Notes under the pieces: generated by a model | Told to the model about the DNA's origin: nothing | Seen by the model: the letters and a program-made list of their open reading frames with translations, nothing else | The model's database searches: none | Source of the DNA: the human T2T-CHM13v2.0 reference genome, Homo sapiens | Length of the DNA: 64,000 nt | Direction: 5' to 3' (one strand) | Assembly (NCBI RefSeq): GCF_009914755.1 | Contig: NC_060926.1 | Position numbers and translations under genes: made by a program | Shown here: one piece after another, positions 45,918-60,892 of the stretch | Layout: every line of letters starts with the position of its first letter | How positions within the stretch are numbered: the stretch's first letter is position 1

Positions 45918-46270
45918 CATGGAATACTATGCAGCCATCAAAAGAACGAAATCGTGTCCTTTGCAGCAACATGGATGCAGCTGGAGGCCATTATCCTAAG
46001 TGAACTAACACAGGAACAGAAAACCAAATGCCATGTGTTCTCACTTATAAGTGGGAATGAAACACCGGATACTCGTCGGCATAAAGATGGGAGCAATAGA
46101 CGCTGGGGACTATTAGAGGGGGAGGGAGGGAGGGGCGCAAGGGTTGAAAACTATTGGGTCCTATGCTCAGTACCTGGATCAACCGTACCCCAAACCTCAG
46201 CATCATACAATACACCCAGCTAAAAAGCCTGCACATGTACCCCCTAAAATCTAAAATAAAAGTTGAAGTT
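45918..46270 (+). mobile_element. L1PB-type (probably L1PB4) 3' end
   Basis: cataaagatgggagcaatagac...ccaaacctcagcatcatacaatac...tctaaaataaaagttgaa. Confidence 0.85.
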
Positions 46271-47784
46271 ATGGTTTACAAAATCCTAAAAACAGAAAAA
46301 CCAATGTGCGTTGGTTGCACCTGCACCTGGGAGGTTAGGCCGTCAGGTGGGGGTGGGGGAGGTTTTGTCCCCCTCCCTCCTGCTCTGCCCTCAGCTTCCC
46401 AGGACTAAGGCCACTCACAGTCATGGCTCCCCAGCCACCCCCACGCCTGGGCCACCTTCAGGAGGGAGAAGCTGCTGATGGAGGTCACCAGTCAGCGGCC
46501 TCATCTCACGTTTCCACCTGCTGGGCTTGGCCATCTGTATGGCTCACAGGTTAAATTCCTCCATATTGTGTGCTGGAAAACTAGGCATAAATGGAATTGT
46601 TCACAGTAACTTATTGTTCCTTGTATAATCAAATCCATAGTCTGTGCAGAATCCCTGCCCCTGAATCTCTAATACTATGGTTTTTCTAAGCTGTGAGTGA
46701 AGTGGAAAGTAAAACCTTATGGACTAGTGTGGGAAACGGCAGACACTTTAGGTGCTGGATCCAAAGGAAAGCTCCTTTGCATCTTCCAGCCCCTGGTTCC
46801 AGTGAACCATGAAAGTCCAGCTATGTGGTCATCGGACATGCCCTGGGTAGATACACTTACATGTAATGGAATCGTTTGTAAAGGATTAAAGGAGCTAGAA
46901 CGTTTACAATGTGCTTTAAATGTTATTTTTAATAGACTTTCACAGGCTAGCCAGCATCTTTCTGCGGCTCTCATCATGTAAAATCCCGTTTACAACGTCC
47001 ACACCTCACCACCTTTCTCTTGCTCTGCAAACCTCAAAGAATATTGCAGTGAATTATACCTTTAATTATATCATTATTCTTATAAATCTTCTCTGGAAAA
47101 AAATAAAATGGGCTGAATATAAAATGTAATTTTACTTGTAAAAATATCTCTGATCATGAAGACTATCTTAATATTTGCTTTGTTGAAAAGTATGTGTGTT
47201 TGTGTGTGCGTGAATGCACAAAAACATACACACATCTCTTACAAGGGCAAGAACCTGTGAGACGTCTTTCAGGGCCATTGAAGGAGCCCACGCCTTAGGA
47301 AGCTCCTGGCAGGTGACTTCATGGAACTGGCATACACATGGCTCTGAAGGTGTGGCCTCATTGTCTGTGTACGACCTGAGCAAATGGCCCGTGGGGAGGA
47401 GATTCTGGAGAAAGCAAAGGAGATGCCTCCATGGCCGTCTGGGGCATAGAAGTGCCGCTGAATTTGTGAAATGGAATCAGCAATGCATCTTCTCCAGCGC
47501 TTCCTGAACACGCCGTCCAGCGCTCTAACCTGTGTCTGAGACAGAGACCTAAGTGGCACTACAGATAAAAGATGTGTCATAAAAATAGTCCTGTCTCCAT
47601 GTCTTCCTTCCTGGTGTTTCTAAACTTGCCACACCATGATATCATGGTGGGATACAAAGGGTGTCCACAAGGCCAGATTTAAATTGGAAAGTTAGGAAGG
47701 AGAGCTCATTCTAAAGTAAAAAGGGTAGAAGATGGTGTGGGAAAGAAGGGAAGAACACCTTTCAGTATCCACTGGAAAAAAAAT

Positions 47785-47845
47785 ACACACACACAAGACA
47801 CACACACACACACACACACACAAAGACACATATACACACACACAC
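47785..47845 (+). repeat. Interrupted (CA)n
   Basis: Direct reading. Confidence 0.93.
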
Positions 47846-48460
47846 TGCCAGAAAAAGATACCTGTAATGGTGGCTTACAGCAGACTTTTAAAAAAATTAA
47901 AAACTTTGTTATAAATGTATAGAGTTTAATATAATGTTTTGACAAATATATGTTAATTATATAAATTAATTTGGCTTAAAACTGAAAGCAATTTAGAAAA
48001 GGTCAAACAGGCAGAAAATGCCCATGCAAGCATTTTATAAAATGATTGTTTCAAAAAAATGATGTAATGTTCAGAGGACTTCTATCCTTTCTGCTTAGAA
48101 TGTGAGGAAACAGAAGTGTTCCCCCCGATCTCATGCCAATGCTGACGATCTGGAACACTGTGAGTGCATTTTCCCATCTTAACAAAGGGAATTATTAGTA
48201 CCATTGTCTAAGGACTGTGTGGTGCCCAAGGCTGATTCCAATGGCCATTATGCAAGTTGCACAGAAGTACATAAATCTGTAACAGTAACTAAGCACATCA
48301 GGATAGAGTTTTATATTTTTTCAAATAATGTTTACAAAATATTAATATTATGCAATTTGACTTAGTTATAAATGCATCTTTTTCTTTTAAAAATGAAGAA
48401 AACAGGTATATGGATTTGTTGGCATTACAATGAAATAACTGTTCTGTCATGGAGACCACA

Positions 48461-48577
48461 CAAAGGCCAGGAGCATGTGTCTGGGCAGAGACGCCTGAGA
48501 CGATAGGAGTGAGTGTGGCACAAGGGCCTGGAGAGTGTGGCCGGGCAGAGCACCTGGGACGATAGAAGTGAGTGTGG
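48461..48577 (+). repeat. Diverged ~60-bp tandem duplication
   Basis: gggcagagacgcctgagacgataggagtgagtgtgg vs gggcagagcacctgggacgatagaagtgagtgtgg. Confidence 0.8.
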
Positions 48578-50350
48578 GTGGTAAGCACCATCCTCCTAAG
48601 GTGAGGGCTGCGGAGGATGGAGCATCTGCAGGGGTCCTGCCTCCCTTCCTGGGCTCAGTGCTGCTGTCTGCTTCTCAGCCCACCCCTGGAGACAGATACG
48701 ACCCCTAGATCTAAATGAGCAAAAAGATGCAACCTAAAATGCCAAGCTGCTGTCCCCTGTGTCCAAAGGAGGGCCGGCTTGTTCAGGAGCTATTGTTGAG
48801 ATCCATGAATAACAAATAACTTCAGAATTAACAAGTGCATCTACACAGTGAACAATTTCCTATTGTTTCCATGCTTACTCCTAATTTTCTTGGTGCAATT
48901 TTCGTAGATTAATCAATGAGCTGACACCCTATTAAATAGGGGCCACCTTAGATATGCAGTCACTTTACAATGCATCTCCTTTGGTGCTTCTGCAGCAAAA
49001 CTCCAGGCAATGTCTTGTGTGACCTTGAACATCCTTCACAGCCATCAGCACTAAATATAAGGCTTTTTGTCCATTTGTTCCACAGAGCAGAAAGGAAAGG
49101 GGTCTGGAGTATTTGTTACTCTCATCTGAGATCATCTCTTAGCTTAGGAGTTGCCTCATGATGGCATTTCTCAGCAACAAGACTCAGTGACAATTGGGCT
49201 GCTGCAGTTATTAGCATTCAAAAGCCATGCAAAGCTGCAGCTGAACTCCAGCTGCTAGCAGGCTTGAAAAGACCCAGTGCCTTGCAAATCTCTCAGACAG
49301 GCATTTGGAGACTAGCACTCCATGACCAAATCATCCTCCCCATGTAAACCTCACATCTAATGATAATGAACAGCACCACAATCAGACAGCCTCCTCAGCC
49401 TGGATGCTTGCAAGTCTGTGTCAGAGCGTTGGTGTCAAACAAAACCTGGAAGGACTCAGGATGCATCCATAAATATGCCACTCTGCATGGCTGAGAGGGT
49501 GCGAGCACACAGCAGGCACACTGCCTGTTGGCGATGTGGGCTCCAAGCCCCTGGGCAGAGGCGTTCTGTTGGAGTTAGCACTCAGGCAGGACTCCAGGAA
49601 GGACCGTTCCCTCCATCAGATGCCATTCGGCTATGTCCCAAGCGTGGTTTGTCCTTGAGGAACTCCAAGGGTAAATGAGGCACGAGAACCCACAGCTGAC
49701 TGTCTGTTCAGGCACAAGGCAGAAGCCACATATTCTGCCACCAACACTTCAGCTCACGGCCTCACAAGTGACTCCAAAGGAGCCTGAGTCCTCTGCACCC
49801 GCAGGACGGGGGGCGGGTGGGTGGCTCAGAGGCTGACAGCGTGTGACAAGCTGCCAACCTGCTCACGAGAGCTGAAATGGCAGCCAAAGGCACAAGAAGG
49901 CAGGGTGTCTGCGTCCCAGACGAGGACAGCTGGGGCACATAGCAAGCAGCCCGTCCACCTGGGAGCCCCGCAGCAGACGGCAGATCACTGTCACTTAAAG
50001 ACACAGGTCCATCTGGTACCGTGTCTCCTGGTTACCAGGATTTCCAATTTTGAATTTTAATACACTTTGTCTTTCACTTTCCTGCTCAAGAAAGAGCCAC
50101 AGACACCTCAGACTTTAAACTGCATCTGAATCTGTAGTTCTAGGAGCCAGATAGAGAATGTTGTTGGAGGAGATTGGCGAGAGGCCGCCTGAGGAGAGCC
50201 TGCACCTCTAATTTAAGCAGGATGCAGGATCACACCTCTCATCCTCCAGGGCTCACCAGTTCCATTTCCCTGGTGCCCGCATGACTTATCTGGATATCAA
50301 GGAGACTGGCAGAGATATCTAGCAATGATCTCTTTACTAAAGGCATAAAG

Positions 50351-50684
50351 CAGTGCTCCCCAACCTTTTTGGCACCAAGGACCAGTTTCTTGGAAGATCA
50401 TTTTTCCATGGACAGTGACGGGGTGGAGATGGATGGTTTCGGGATGAAACTGTTCCATCAGGCATTAGATTCTCATATACAGCACACAACCTAGATCCCT
50501 CCTATGCTCAGTTCACAATAGTGTTCGAATTCCCATGAGAATCTGATGCCACCTGCTGATCTGATGGGGGGCGGAGCTCAGGCTGCAATGCCACTGGCCT
50601 GCCACTCACCTCCTGCTGTGAGGCTGGGTTCCTAACAGGCCACGGATAGGTAGTGGTCTGTGGTTTGGGGACAGGGGACACCTG
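50351..50684 (+). mobile_element. MER1B (hAT-Charlie), complete
   Basis: cagtgctccccaacctttttggcacc...ggggacacctg; perfect 8-bp TSD gcataaag. Confidence 0.93.
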
Positions 50685-51499
50685 GCATAAAGGAAAGAGA
50701 TGAGTATAATAGGTGTTCCCTTTAGATCCTAAGTCAAACCACAGAAAGGTGCCAAGGGCTTGAGGGGCACCTGGGATTAGAGAATACGGTTGTCTCCAGG
50801 GCATGGCGTTCCTGTCTGTATTCTTCAGAGCACGAGGTATGAACAGACATCTCACAGAAATAGAGTCCATTAAGATTGGAAGCTTGGGGTAAACAACATG
50901 AACAGGTTTCTCCACTATGGGATTCTTAACACTTTTAGTAAGTTAGTGCACAGCATGAGCCTCCAAAAGGCAGATATTGTCTTTGATGCACCCGGATTAT
51001 TTTATTATGGAATTCTTCTTATGTGGCATATAGGTTGCTCAAGAATAAAATGCTGTGTCCTTCTTGTGAACTCACAGTCCTGTAAGGAGCCCTGCCTCCC
51101 CCTGCTCCAGTAAGATTCACATCAGGCTGTTACAAGCCTTGCTCTTATTCCATGATATGTTCTGGAGGCGGCTGTCACCAAGAGGGAAAAATCCCATAGA
51201 CAATATTGCTCTTAGTTTGCTCTATGCAGGTTTATTCTCCCTTCTCTTTCTTTCCCTCCTTCCTTATTTTCTTCCTTCCTTCCTCTCTTTTGTTCTTTTT
51301 TCTCTCCCTTGGTTTCTCAATTATGTTCTTCAGCAGAGCAAGTTCAATAACATATAAAAATCATGTAAAATTATCCTTAGAGATTCCTGTAAGCAATAAG
51401 GGACTTTAATGGAAAAGTGTCTTTAAAACCAGCGGAAAAGAATAATGAATTCAGTAACTAGTGCTGCATATATAAACACCAAGTGGGAAGGCAATCCCA

Positions 51500-51660
51500 A
51501 GGCCAGCTAACATGCACTGCATATGTGTGCTGTGTTAGGCACTGCATGGAGATTATCAACAATTGCATGAGGCACAAATGAGGAAAGCAATGGGGACTGA
51601 CTTGCCCAAAGCCACCTCGGCCAAGTGGCTAATTCATTATTTCAACTCTGAGCTCAACCT
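51500..51660 (-). mobile_element. MIR SINE fragment
   Basis: acaaatgaggaaagc...gacttgcccaaagccac...aagtggc. Confidence 0.6.
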
Positions 51661-51901
51661 CATTGTTCTCAGAACCATATGCAGAGCTGGGTTTACCAAG
51701 TTTCTGTTCCCTTACTCAAAGTCTGTCACAGCTGAAGGAGGAGAATTCAGTCATGTCTGGTTCAGTGGCCACACTACCTGTCAGGCCATACAGGGTTCTT
51801 TCCAGGGCTGTTTCATTCTGGCATTGCAAGCATTCTGCTGAGAACGCATTGTTACCCTCATTTGCAGAAGAAGGAACAGAAGTTCCCGAGAGTGCATTAT
51901 T

Positions 51902-52007
51902 AGGCTGCAGACAAGTTGGTCTCAAATTAGGCTGCCATCCCAGGTCTGCATTTCAGGCTGCAGACAAGTTGGTCTCAAATTAGGCTGCCATCCCAGGTCT
52001 GCATTTC
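51902..52007 (+). repeat. Perfect 53-bp tandem duplication in a probable minus-strand MIR
   Basis: aggctgcagacaagttggtctcaaattaggctgccatcccaggtctgcatttc at 51902 and 51955. Confidence 0.93.
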
Positions 52008-52929
52008 CAAAACTCAACTGCCTTTTCCCTCTCCAACTGCATGTGTGGGATCCTGAAGTCCTGTCTCTCATCTGGACCACAGCTTCCTACCTCCACTCTC
52101 CATGCCCTGACCCAGTCACCATATTGTCAACATAGTGATCACATCCAAATTCACATCCCAGTATCCACCTAAAAAGTGCTTTTCCTCTCTCACCTCGCCT
52201 CTCTCTTTGGGCTCTGCCATCTTCCACCTCCCTTTACACCGGTGGGACAGGTTGTCTTAGAGTCAGCCTCCAGAAGCCCAGATGCTTTGAATGGAGGGAG
52301 AGGAAGCCGTGGTGCCTGGCACTGATCTGTCTTGGGGAAGACGGCCTTTGAAGCCAAGTGAATGCAAGATACCGTAAGGCTCTCTAAGGTGAACTTGCTC
52401 TGGGACTTGCTTATTCTCTACCTTCAAGAAGATAAAAAAAGCACTAAAATAACACCATGTCTTCACATGTATGGGCAATATATGTTTCATCTTGATTTTT
52501 TGAGATAGTTTAAAACTAAACAAAGACAATCATTACTAATATTAGTAAGAAAATTCCATGTAGATTTCAGTTTTCCATCTACTGCAGTAAGTTACATAAC
52601 TTGAAAAAAATAAGTCAGTGTTTAACTTGCAAAGTACAGTTTGAACACCAGGGTTAAAGCAGTCTCTCTCTTCATCCTGGCTGTGCTGGTCTCTTTCCAA
52701 CTAAGACCAATTGCTACCAGTTTTGACTAAATTACAATTTTTTTTAGAAATTACAGCACAGATCATGATAATAATTTATTTTGATCTCTAACCTAAAAGG
52801 ATCATCTACTCTTTCTTACACCTTAGATTCTCTACCTTATCATCCTGATGGCTCAACGCTTTAGGTCCTATTTTTCTACAAAGATTCGAAATGTACAACT
52901 AGGCTTTTGATGTGAAGAGCATATTCTTA

Positions 52930-53120
52930 AAGAAGAAAGTAGGGGAGGAAAGAAGGAAAAGAGAAAGAGAGGGAGTGAAGAGGAAAGGAAGGGAAGGGAA
53001 AAGAAGGGAAGGGAAGGAGGGAAGAAGGGAGGGAAGGAAGGAAGGAAGGGAAGGAGGGAGGGAGGGAGACGGAGGGAGGGAGGGAGGGAGATGGAGGGAA
53101 GACAAAAGAATGGAAAAAGA
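52930..53120 (+). repeat. Polypurine (GGAA/GGGA) low-complexity tract
   Basis: Direct reading. Confidence 0.93.
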
Positions 53121-53730
53121 CAATGTGACAAATTTCAAGGCTGGCTCTGAGGAAAACTGTCAGTTAGGATGTCAAAGTTTAGGAGAGAAGAAAATGCTAT
53201 ACTAAGCACCTCTTTACACTCTTGAAGTAAGTAAAATGAAAGTAAAAACTTTGAGTCTGTGCCAAGAAAACTGGTAGAAATCACTCTTTGGATATGTTAA
53301 AAGGAAGGAGTTATAACTCGACCAGCTTTAGAGTCTCTTAGTAAAAACTCAGTGCCTAAAACACTGCAGCTTAAAAAACATTAAGATTTTTCTGTGGTGC
53401 TATAGAATACTGTGAGAAGAGACCATTGCTTTTATGAATATTGGACTCCTCTCTTGAGTAGGACAGGAGGAGGAAAACAAAATCTATAGTCAGTCAGTAA
53501 GTACATGCAGCTTACTTAGAAGAAAAACAGCTGGGGAGGGATGTACTCCCTCCCAATGTCCACACCGAGAGTACTTTCAGGACTACTGAGTACTGACCAT
53601 GTGGCATGTTCACAGACGTTAGGGGCCAAAGCCAAACAGAAGATTCATTCCACACCCTAAGAAGCTGAGTCCAGCATTGAAAAATAGCCAGTGAAAATAC
53701 TATAGGAAGTGCAATATGACATTTGAAATC

Positions 53731-54616
<886 letters not shown>

Positions 54617-54659
54617 AGGTTCCAGACCAGTTACGCTGATCCCCAAACTCAGTCTGAGG

Positions 54660-55960
54660 GAGGGGCAGGGTCAGACGCAGAGATGGTGAGGGCTGCAGGA
54701 GACGATTACATGGTTAACGACAGAGTGAATGGAACAATGTCATTCTGTGCAGAGGACAGAAAACAGGTGCAGGGGCCTGGCAATCAGAGGCGTCCCGAGT
54801 AGATGAGCCCCGTGCATGGTGTCAAGCTGCAGCAGAGAGGGGCCTGATAATCATAGCCCTTGGACATGTTAAATAATTCAATTCTACTGGTGATGAGAAG
54901 GCAGTGGAAGAGTTTAAGCAGAGGCGTGGCCTGGATAAGTTAAGATTTATGTAGATTATTAAACAAGCTATCTTAGTTAGGAGTTCCTTGGAGGGGTCCA
55001 TGCCAGGGATGAGGGTGTGAATGTCAGGGCTGGTGAGGGGTAGGGGTGGAAGTTTTTGGGAAATGATTTCAGAAGCACACGGCCATCTACTGAACAAGGG
55101 GAATAGATACTCCTGTGAGCCTGGCTTTTATAGCAGTACAGATATTGATGCCACTGAGCTAAAAAATATAAGAGGTCCAGGCATCATGGCTTGTGCCTGT
55201 AATCTCAGCACTTTGGGAGACTAAGGTGGGAGGGTTGCTTGAGGCCAGGTGTTCAGGACCAGCCTGGACAAAATAGTGAGTCCCTGTCTGTACTAAAGAT
55301 TTAAACAATTAGCCAGATGTGGTGGTGGGTGCCTATAGTCCCAGCTGCTCAGGAAGCTGAGATGGGAGGATGGCTTGTGACCAGGGGAAGGAGGCTGCAG
55401 CTATGAACGAGACCCTGCCTCAAAAAACAAACAAAAACAAAGAATGCAAGAAGGGCAGCCATCAGAAGAAAGGTGATGGCCAAGCTCAGGTGCTGCATTT
55501 GAGATGTCTCAGGAATATCAGTGTTAAGATCCTGGGAAACAGATACCACCTGGGGCTTTGCCCAAGCAGTCAGAGCTGGAGGTGCTGGGCCAGAGTCCCT
55601 CTGCACACACACAGGTGGTTGTTTAGACGTGAGACTGGATGAGAATCATGGGAGGGCTCATGTGGGGGCGCAGGGGCTGATGCGGGAAGAGGAGGAAGGC
55701 AGAGGCTGGGGGTGGGCTGGAAAGTGAGGAAGAGGAAAATCTTTACTAAGGGATCGATGGTGTCAGGTGTGGCTTGGAAGACCATCAAAAGTAATTTTAA
55801 AATGTCTATTGGATTTGGAAATTAGAAACTCAACTAGTGATGCTAGTGAGTTCAGTTTATACTGAGTTTGTATTCCAGCAAGCCAGCTGACTGGAGGCCG
55901 GCCTGAATAGAGGAAAGGAAGACTCTCTGAGTGGGTTTCCATGAGAGAGGATGGTGGGCT
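54660..55960 (-). mobile_element. L2 fragment, split by AluJ
   Basis: gagtttaagcagagg...ataag, tttgagatgtctcagga, gtgagactggatgagaatc, tattggatttggaaattaga. Confidence 0.7.
55174..55442 (+). mobile_element. AluJ with right-arm deletion
   Basis: gggagggttgcttgaggccagg and gggaggatggcttg J diagnostics; gctatga joined directly to acgagaccctg. Confidence 0.9.
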
Positions 55961-56540
55961 CGCCAGCAGCTGGTGTCGGGTGGCATCTGAAGAGGTTGGC
56001 AGCAAGGGCTGAGGGAGGGAACAGCAGAACGAACACGGAGGAACCCCCGGCTGCAGCGTGTGAGAGGTACTGAGAAGTGTGCTGATGAGGCTGCTGGTGG
56101 ACTAGTGCCGGAGAGGGACAAGGCCAGACAGGCAGGCAAGTGAAGAAGAGATGGGAGAGGGCCTCTGGACCGGATGGCAGGAGGTGCTGCCCGAGGGGCT
56201 GGCTCTGGAGCCTTAGTCCACTGTAAATGTTTTGTCCTCCTAAGGGGCTCAGCGGGCGTTTTGAAGATTGGTGACACTTCCGCCTGAGGTTTACGTCCCT
56301 GTTCTCTACTCCTGTTTGCACTGGGAGGGCTGATGCCCAATGACGCTGGGGAGGAAGAAGAAACCCTCCTAACTCATAGGTTTCTTAGTCCCAGGATTTG
56401 AAACCCACTCACCATCTGTTGGGTGAGCTACTTTACCTGAATGATACCTAGGTTAATGAAGATTTATTAACTCAATAGCTAGGAAACTTAAAACCCGTGG
56501 TGACATCTAAAACTAAGGAATAAAGAATAGATACTAGAGT

Positions 56541-57312
<772 letters not shown>

Positions 57313-57589
57313 TGCCAGAGTTAAATTCATAGAAGTTACCACAGAAAAATTTTTCTCTTAAAAGTGTTGGACTGAATTGTTATAATTGGTAAATTTAAAA
57401 ACTTCTGTGTTGTGATCACCAAATATCTAAAGTATCCAAAGTGGCTCCTGGATAGCACAGATGGGACTCAGGGAAACGAGAGCAAAGCCTCTGCCTTTCT
57501 GAACATTAAGACAGGAGCCAACCATCTTCTTGAAATCTTGTTTTTTAATATAAGCCATGTAAGATGAAAATATTTTTCTGTCTATTAAC

Positions 57590-57765
57590 ACCTATAATTT
57601 CCTGGTGGTCTATTATGTGTCAGACACCAAACCAGAACTATGATGTATGTCATCTCATCTATTCTCAGCACAATCCTTCGTTTATTCATGAAGTCAAACT
57701 TGTTCAAACCAGTGTGTCCTGGAGTCAAGATTTGAACCCAGGTCTTGCTAAATTTAAAACCCTCA
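57590..57765 (-). mobile_element. MIR SINE
   Basis: ctattatgtgtcagacac...gagtcaagatttgaacccaggtct. Confidence 0.6.
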
Positions 57766-60700
57766 ATCTCCCCATTGCAATATGTTGCCTTCAATTTACA
57801 AGCTTTATTGCATGCTAAATGGGATGCCCCAGACACAAGGTTACTTTCTGCTGATGACTCAAGGAATTGCTATGCCCACTGTGTCGGGGGGATGCTGGAC
57901 GTCCTCATGGAGCTGTATGGAGCCACTAATACCAACTTTTTAAATGTTCACATCATCTTTCACCACGGAGCCATCAACATCACTCCTTACTCCTGTCATG
58001 AGAGTTGGTTCCAGGCATCTGGAGGTTCAAAACCATGTTCCATGATTTGCTGTGTGTGCAACTCCAACCCTGTGATTCACCTCGCTAAGCCCCACTCTGT
58101 CACATATGAAAAGGAGATGGGATCTAATTCTAGGGTCTTCATAGTGACCCTATAGTGACCCATAGTGACAAAAAATCACTAAGCACTCTCGGCTGCAGAA
58201 TAGACAGGTATGTAGGTGGATAAATAAATTTTAAAAAGGTATTATTACCTTAAATGTGTTCTTCCTTAGTGTAAAGTGAGCTTGTAAAATATATATTAAA
58301 ACCTATTAATCTTGTAAAAATAACCTAAAATTTGGAATATCCCGGCTGGGAAGCTGTGCTAGGAGGAGGCTGAATTAGAGCTCATAGACTCAGGGACATT
58401 TACTTGTTTATCAGAAACCTATTGATATTCCAGTGACTTCTTACACTTTTAGTTCCAACCTGAAGGCAAGGCTGCTGAGGAGTTATGTTCTTCTAGAAGC
58501 TGTGACTATATTAAACAATAACACAGGTTGCAGCCCCCAACAGGGGAGAGAACTGAGTGTGCAGTCTTAAAGTCAACGTAGCTGCCAGCTGTATCCTCGC
58601 ATAGCAAGAGAGCACAAGGCACTGACTGGCCAAATTATGTAAAATATGTTTACTAAATCTCAGCTTATTCCTTTCTCATAAGCAAATTTGAAAAAAGTCC
58701 AGTTTAAAAATTTAATGTAGATTAGAAGTTTATTGTGCTCAATTCATTGGTGCCATTAAAGTGTTTTTGCCCTTACCAGAGGAGACGAAGGCTGGCTTTC
58801 TGCTTTTTTATATCTACGCTTACGTTGGCAGAGGTGAAGGAAGGAAGGAGGTAGCACTCTCTGCTGAACCTCAGACTACACTATTGGGGCAATGGCCTCC
58901 GGGGCCCCAGGGACACCTGACATCACAAGAGGGTCCCTCCCAGTGCTGAGCAAGAGCTGTCATCTTGGGAACAGAGCAAAGCGGCTGTTGGGGAGCCCTG
59001 CTGAGACAGCAGGATCATCGGGGAGGTCTCGAGGGAGACTGAGGAAAAATATACATGTTTTAATGGGACCTTGTCAAGGTTTCTTTAGAAAACAAAGCTG
59101 TTTTTGTTTTCCATTTGTTTCCATCCGTTTGGGGGAAAATCTCAAGATTTCATTCAAGCCCGTTTAGGCACAACAGAGTTTTGACCATGTTACAATGGGT
59201 TCGGCAAAATAAGTGTCCTGCTGAAATGCTGATGACGTCACAGTCTGAATGGCTTATTACTCATTTAGAAGCACAGAGTACATTTTTATAAAATAAAACA
59301 ATCAAGCAGATCAGTGAACCTACTGTCTAAAATTGTAAGAATAATTACGTTTTAAGTTTTATCTCAGCCTGTAAAATATAATGAAATCATATAATCTATG
59401 TGAAAGCACTGTAAAAATGGTATATATAGATATAAGGCATTATTATTATTCATAACTTTGCTTCATTAGTTTAACAATGACATATCAGGCACTTCATAAT
59501 TTTACCAAGTACTTAAACAAACTTAATATGTCCATGGACTAGACTTTTGTAAAATAACCATTTAATAATAATTTCTTTATTATTCTGGAGATTTTTTGTC
59601 ACTTTTAGGGGAAAAGCAGAGGTGGGAGGGAGCTGCCATTAGTTCAGGTTCAATGGTTAATATTTTAATTTCATTACAATTTTCACAAAGTGCAGTGACT
59701 TGTAGTATCTTTTTATCTTCATTCTTGGCAATGTCAGAGGCCAGTGAGAAAGTCAGATGATACATGTGCTGAGCATATGAGGAAAGGCAGGAGATGAAAC
59801 ATTGAGACACGCCTCCTGGGCCTTCCACTGGAGCAAAACTGCCATTGTTTCCCTTCCTATGCATTCATCTGCTTCTTTTATAGGATATGCATGGTTTGCT
59901 TTGCTCTCATTTAATTTTAAAAGAAAATGTCTGTTGTCATAGAAATATTTTTCCACACTGAGACTGCATCACACCAGCAGGTCTTTGGGCTTTTTGGTGC
60001 AGCAGTCAGCATCTCTCAAAGGGTAGATCCAGTCTTATGTCCCTAAATTTTCATAGCAGACAACGGATCCACAGAGCCAGACTCTGTGGAGGCCTCGCAC
60101 CAGAGAGACCTCATATCTAGGTCAGGCTTCAGCTCTGCAGGGAGCTTCTCTCCTGGCTCCTTTCTCCATTCCTAGGTCTCTTGCCCTTTCCAATATTTTC
60201 TTCAGCAACATTCCTTCTGGAGACTCAGTTTACCTTCCATATGGGTTGAAGCCTCATTTCATCTGCCTTTGTCCACAATCACACAGCCTTGCAAGACAGG
60301 AACCATGTGCAGACACACTGAGACCACACAGTGTAGCAAGTGGGTTCTGAAGCAATATCAGTTAGACTAACTTTATATATGCCCTGGCCCTTGCTAGGCA
60401 GATTTTATTTTAAAAGAAGAAGAAGGAAAAAAAACCCACTTCTGATTCCCTGCCATTGTTTCCTAGAAAAAAATCTGCAAGGAAAGGTTTGGCAGACTCC
60501 CGGGGAGCTGTGAAACAGTGTGTTTGGCATGCAGTCACCTCAGCAGTAATTTGCATGTTCCAGGCTGTCATTCCTGGGCTGCGCCTGACAAGGCCTGCAG
60601 GGGCCTATCACAAATGCGCACCATGAGATCGCTCCTTTCTTCTTTGCACTTAAGTGACTAAAAGCAGAAACCTTGAGCTGGGGTTGGTCACTGTCCTGAA

Positions 60701-60775
60701 TCAAAATGCAATTCATATCGGCACATGGCTCTTTATTCAGTCACAGTTCTGCTCCTCTCTCTCCTCCCATGGCAT

Positions 60776-60777
<2 letters not shown>

Positions 60778-60813
<36 letters not shown>

Positions 60814-60892
60814 GTAGGTGGACACGGGTGCACACACTGCACATACAGATGCACAAACATTCAAGTACACACACACACACACACACACACAC
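60778..60892 (+). repeat. Two (CA)n tracts
   Basis: Direct reading, 60778-60811 and 60867-60892. Confidence 0.95.
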
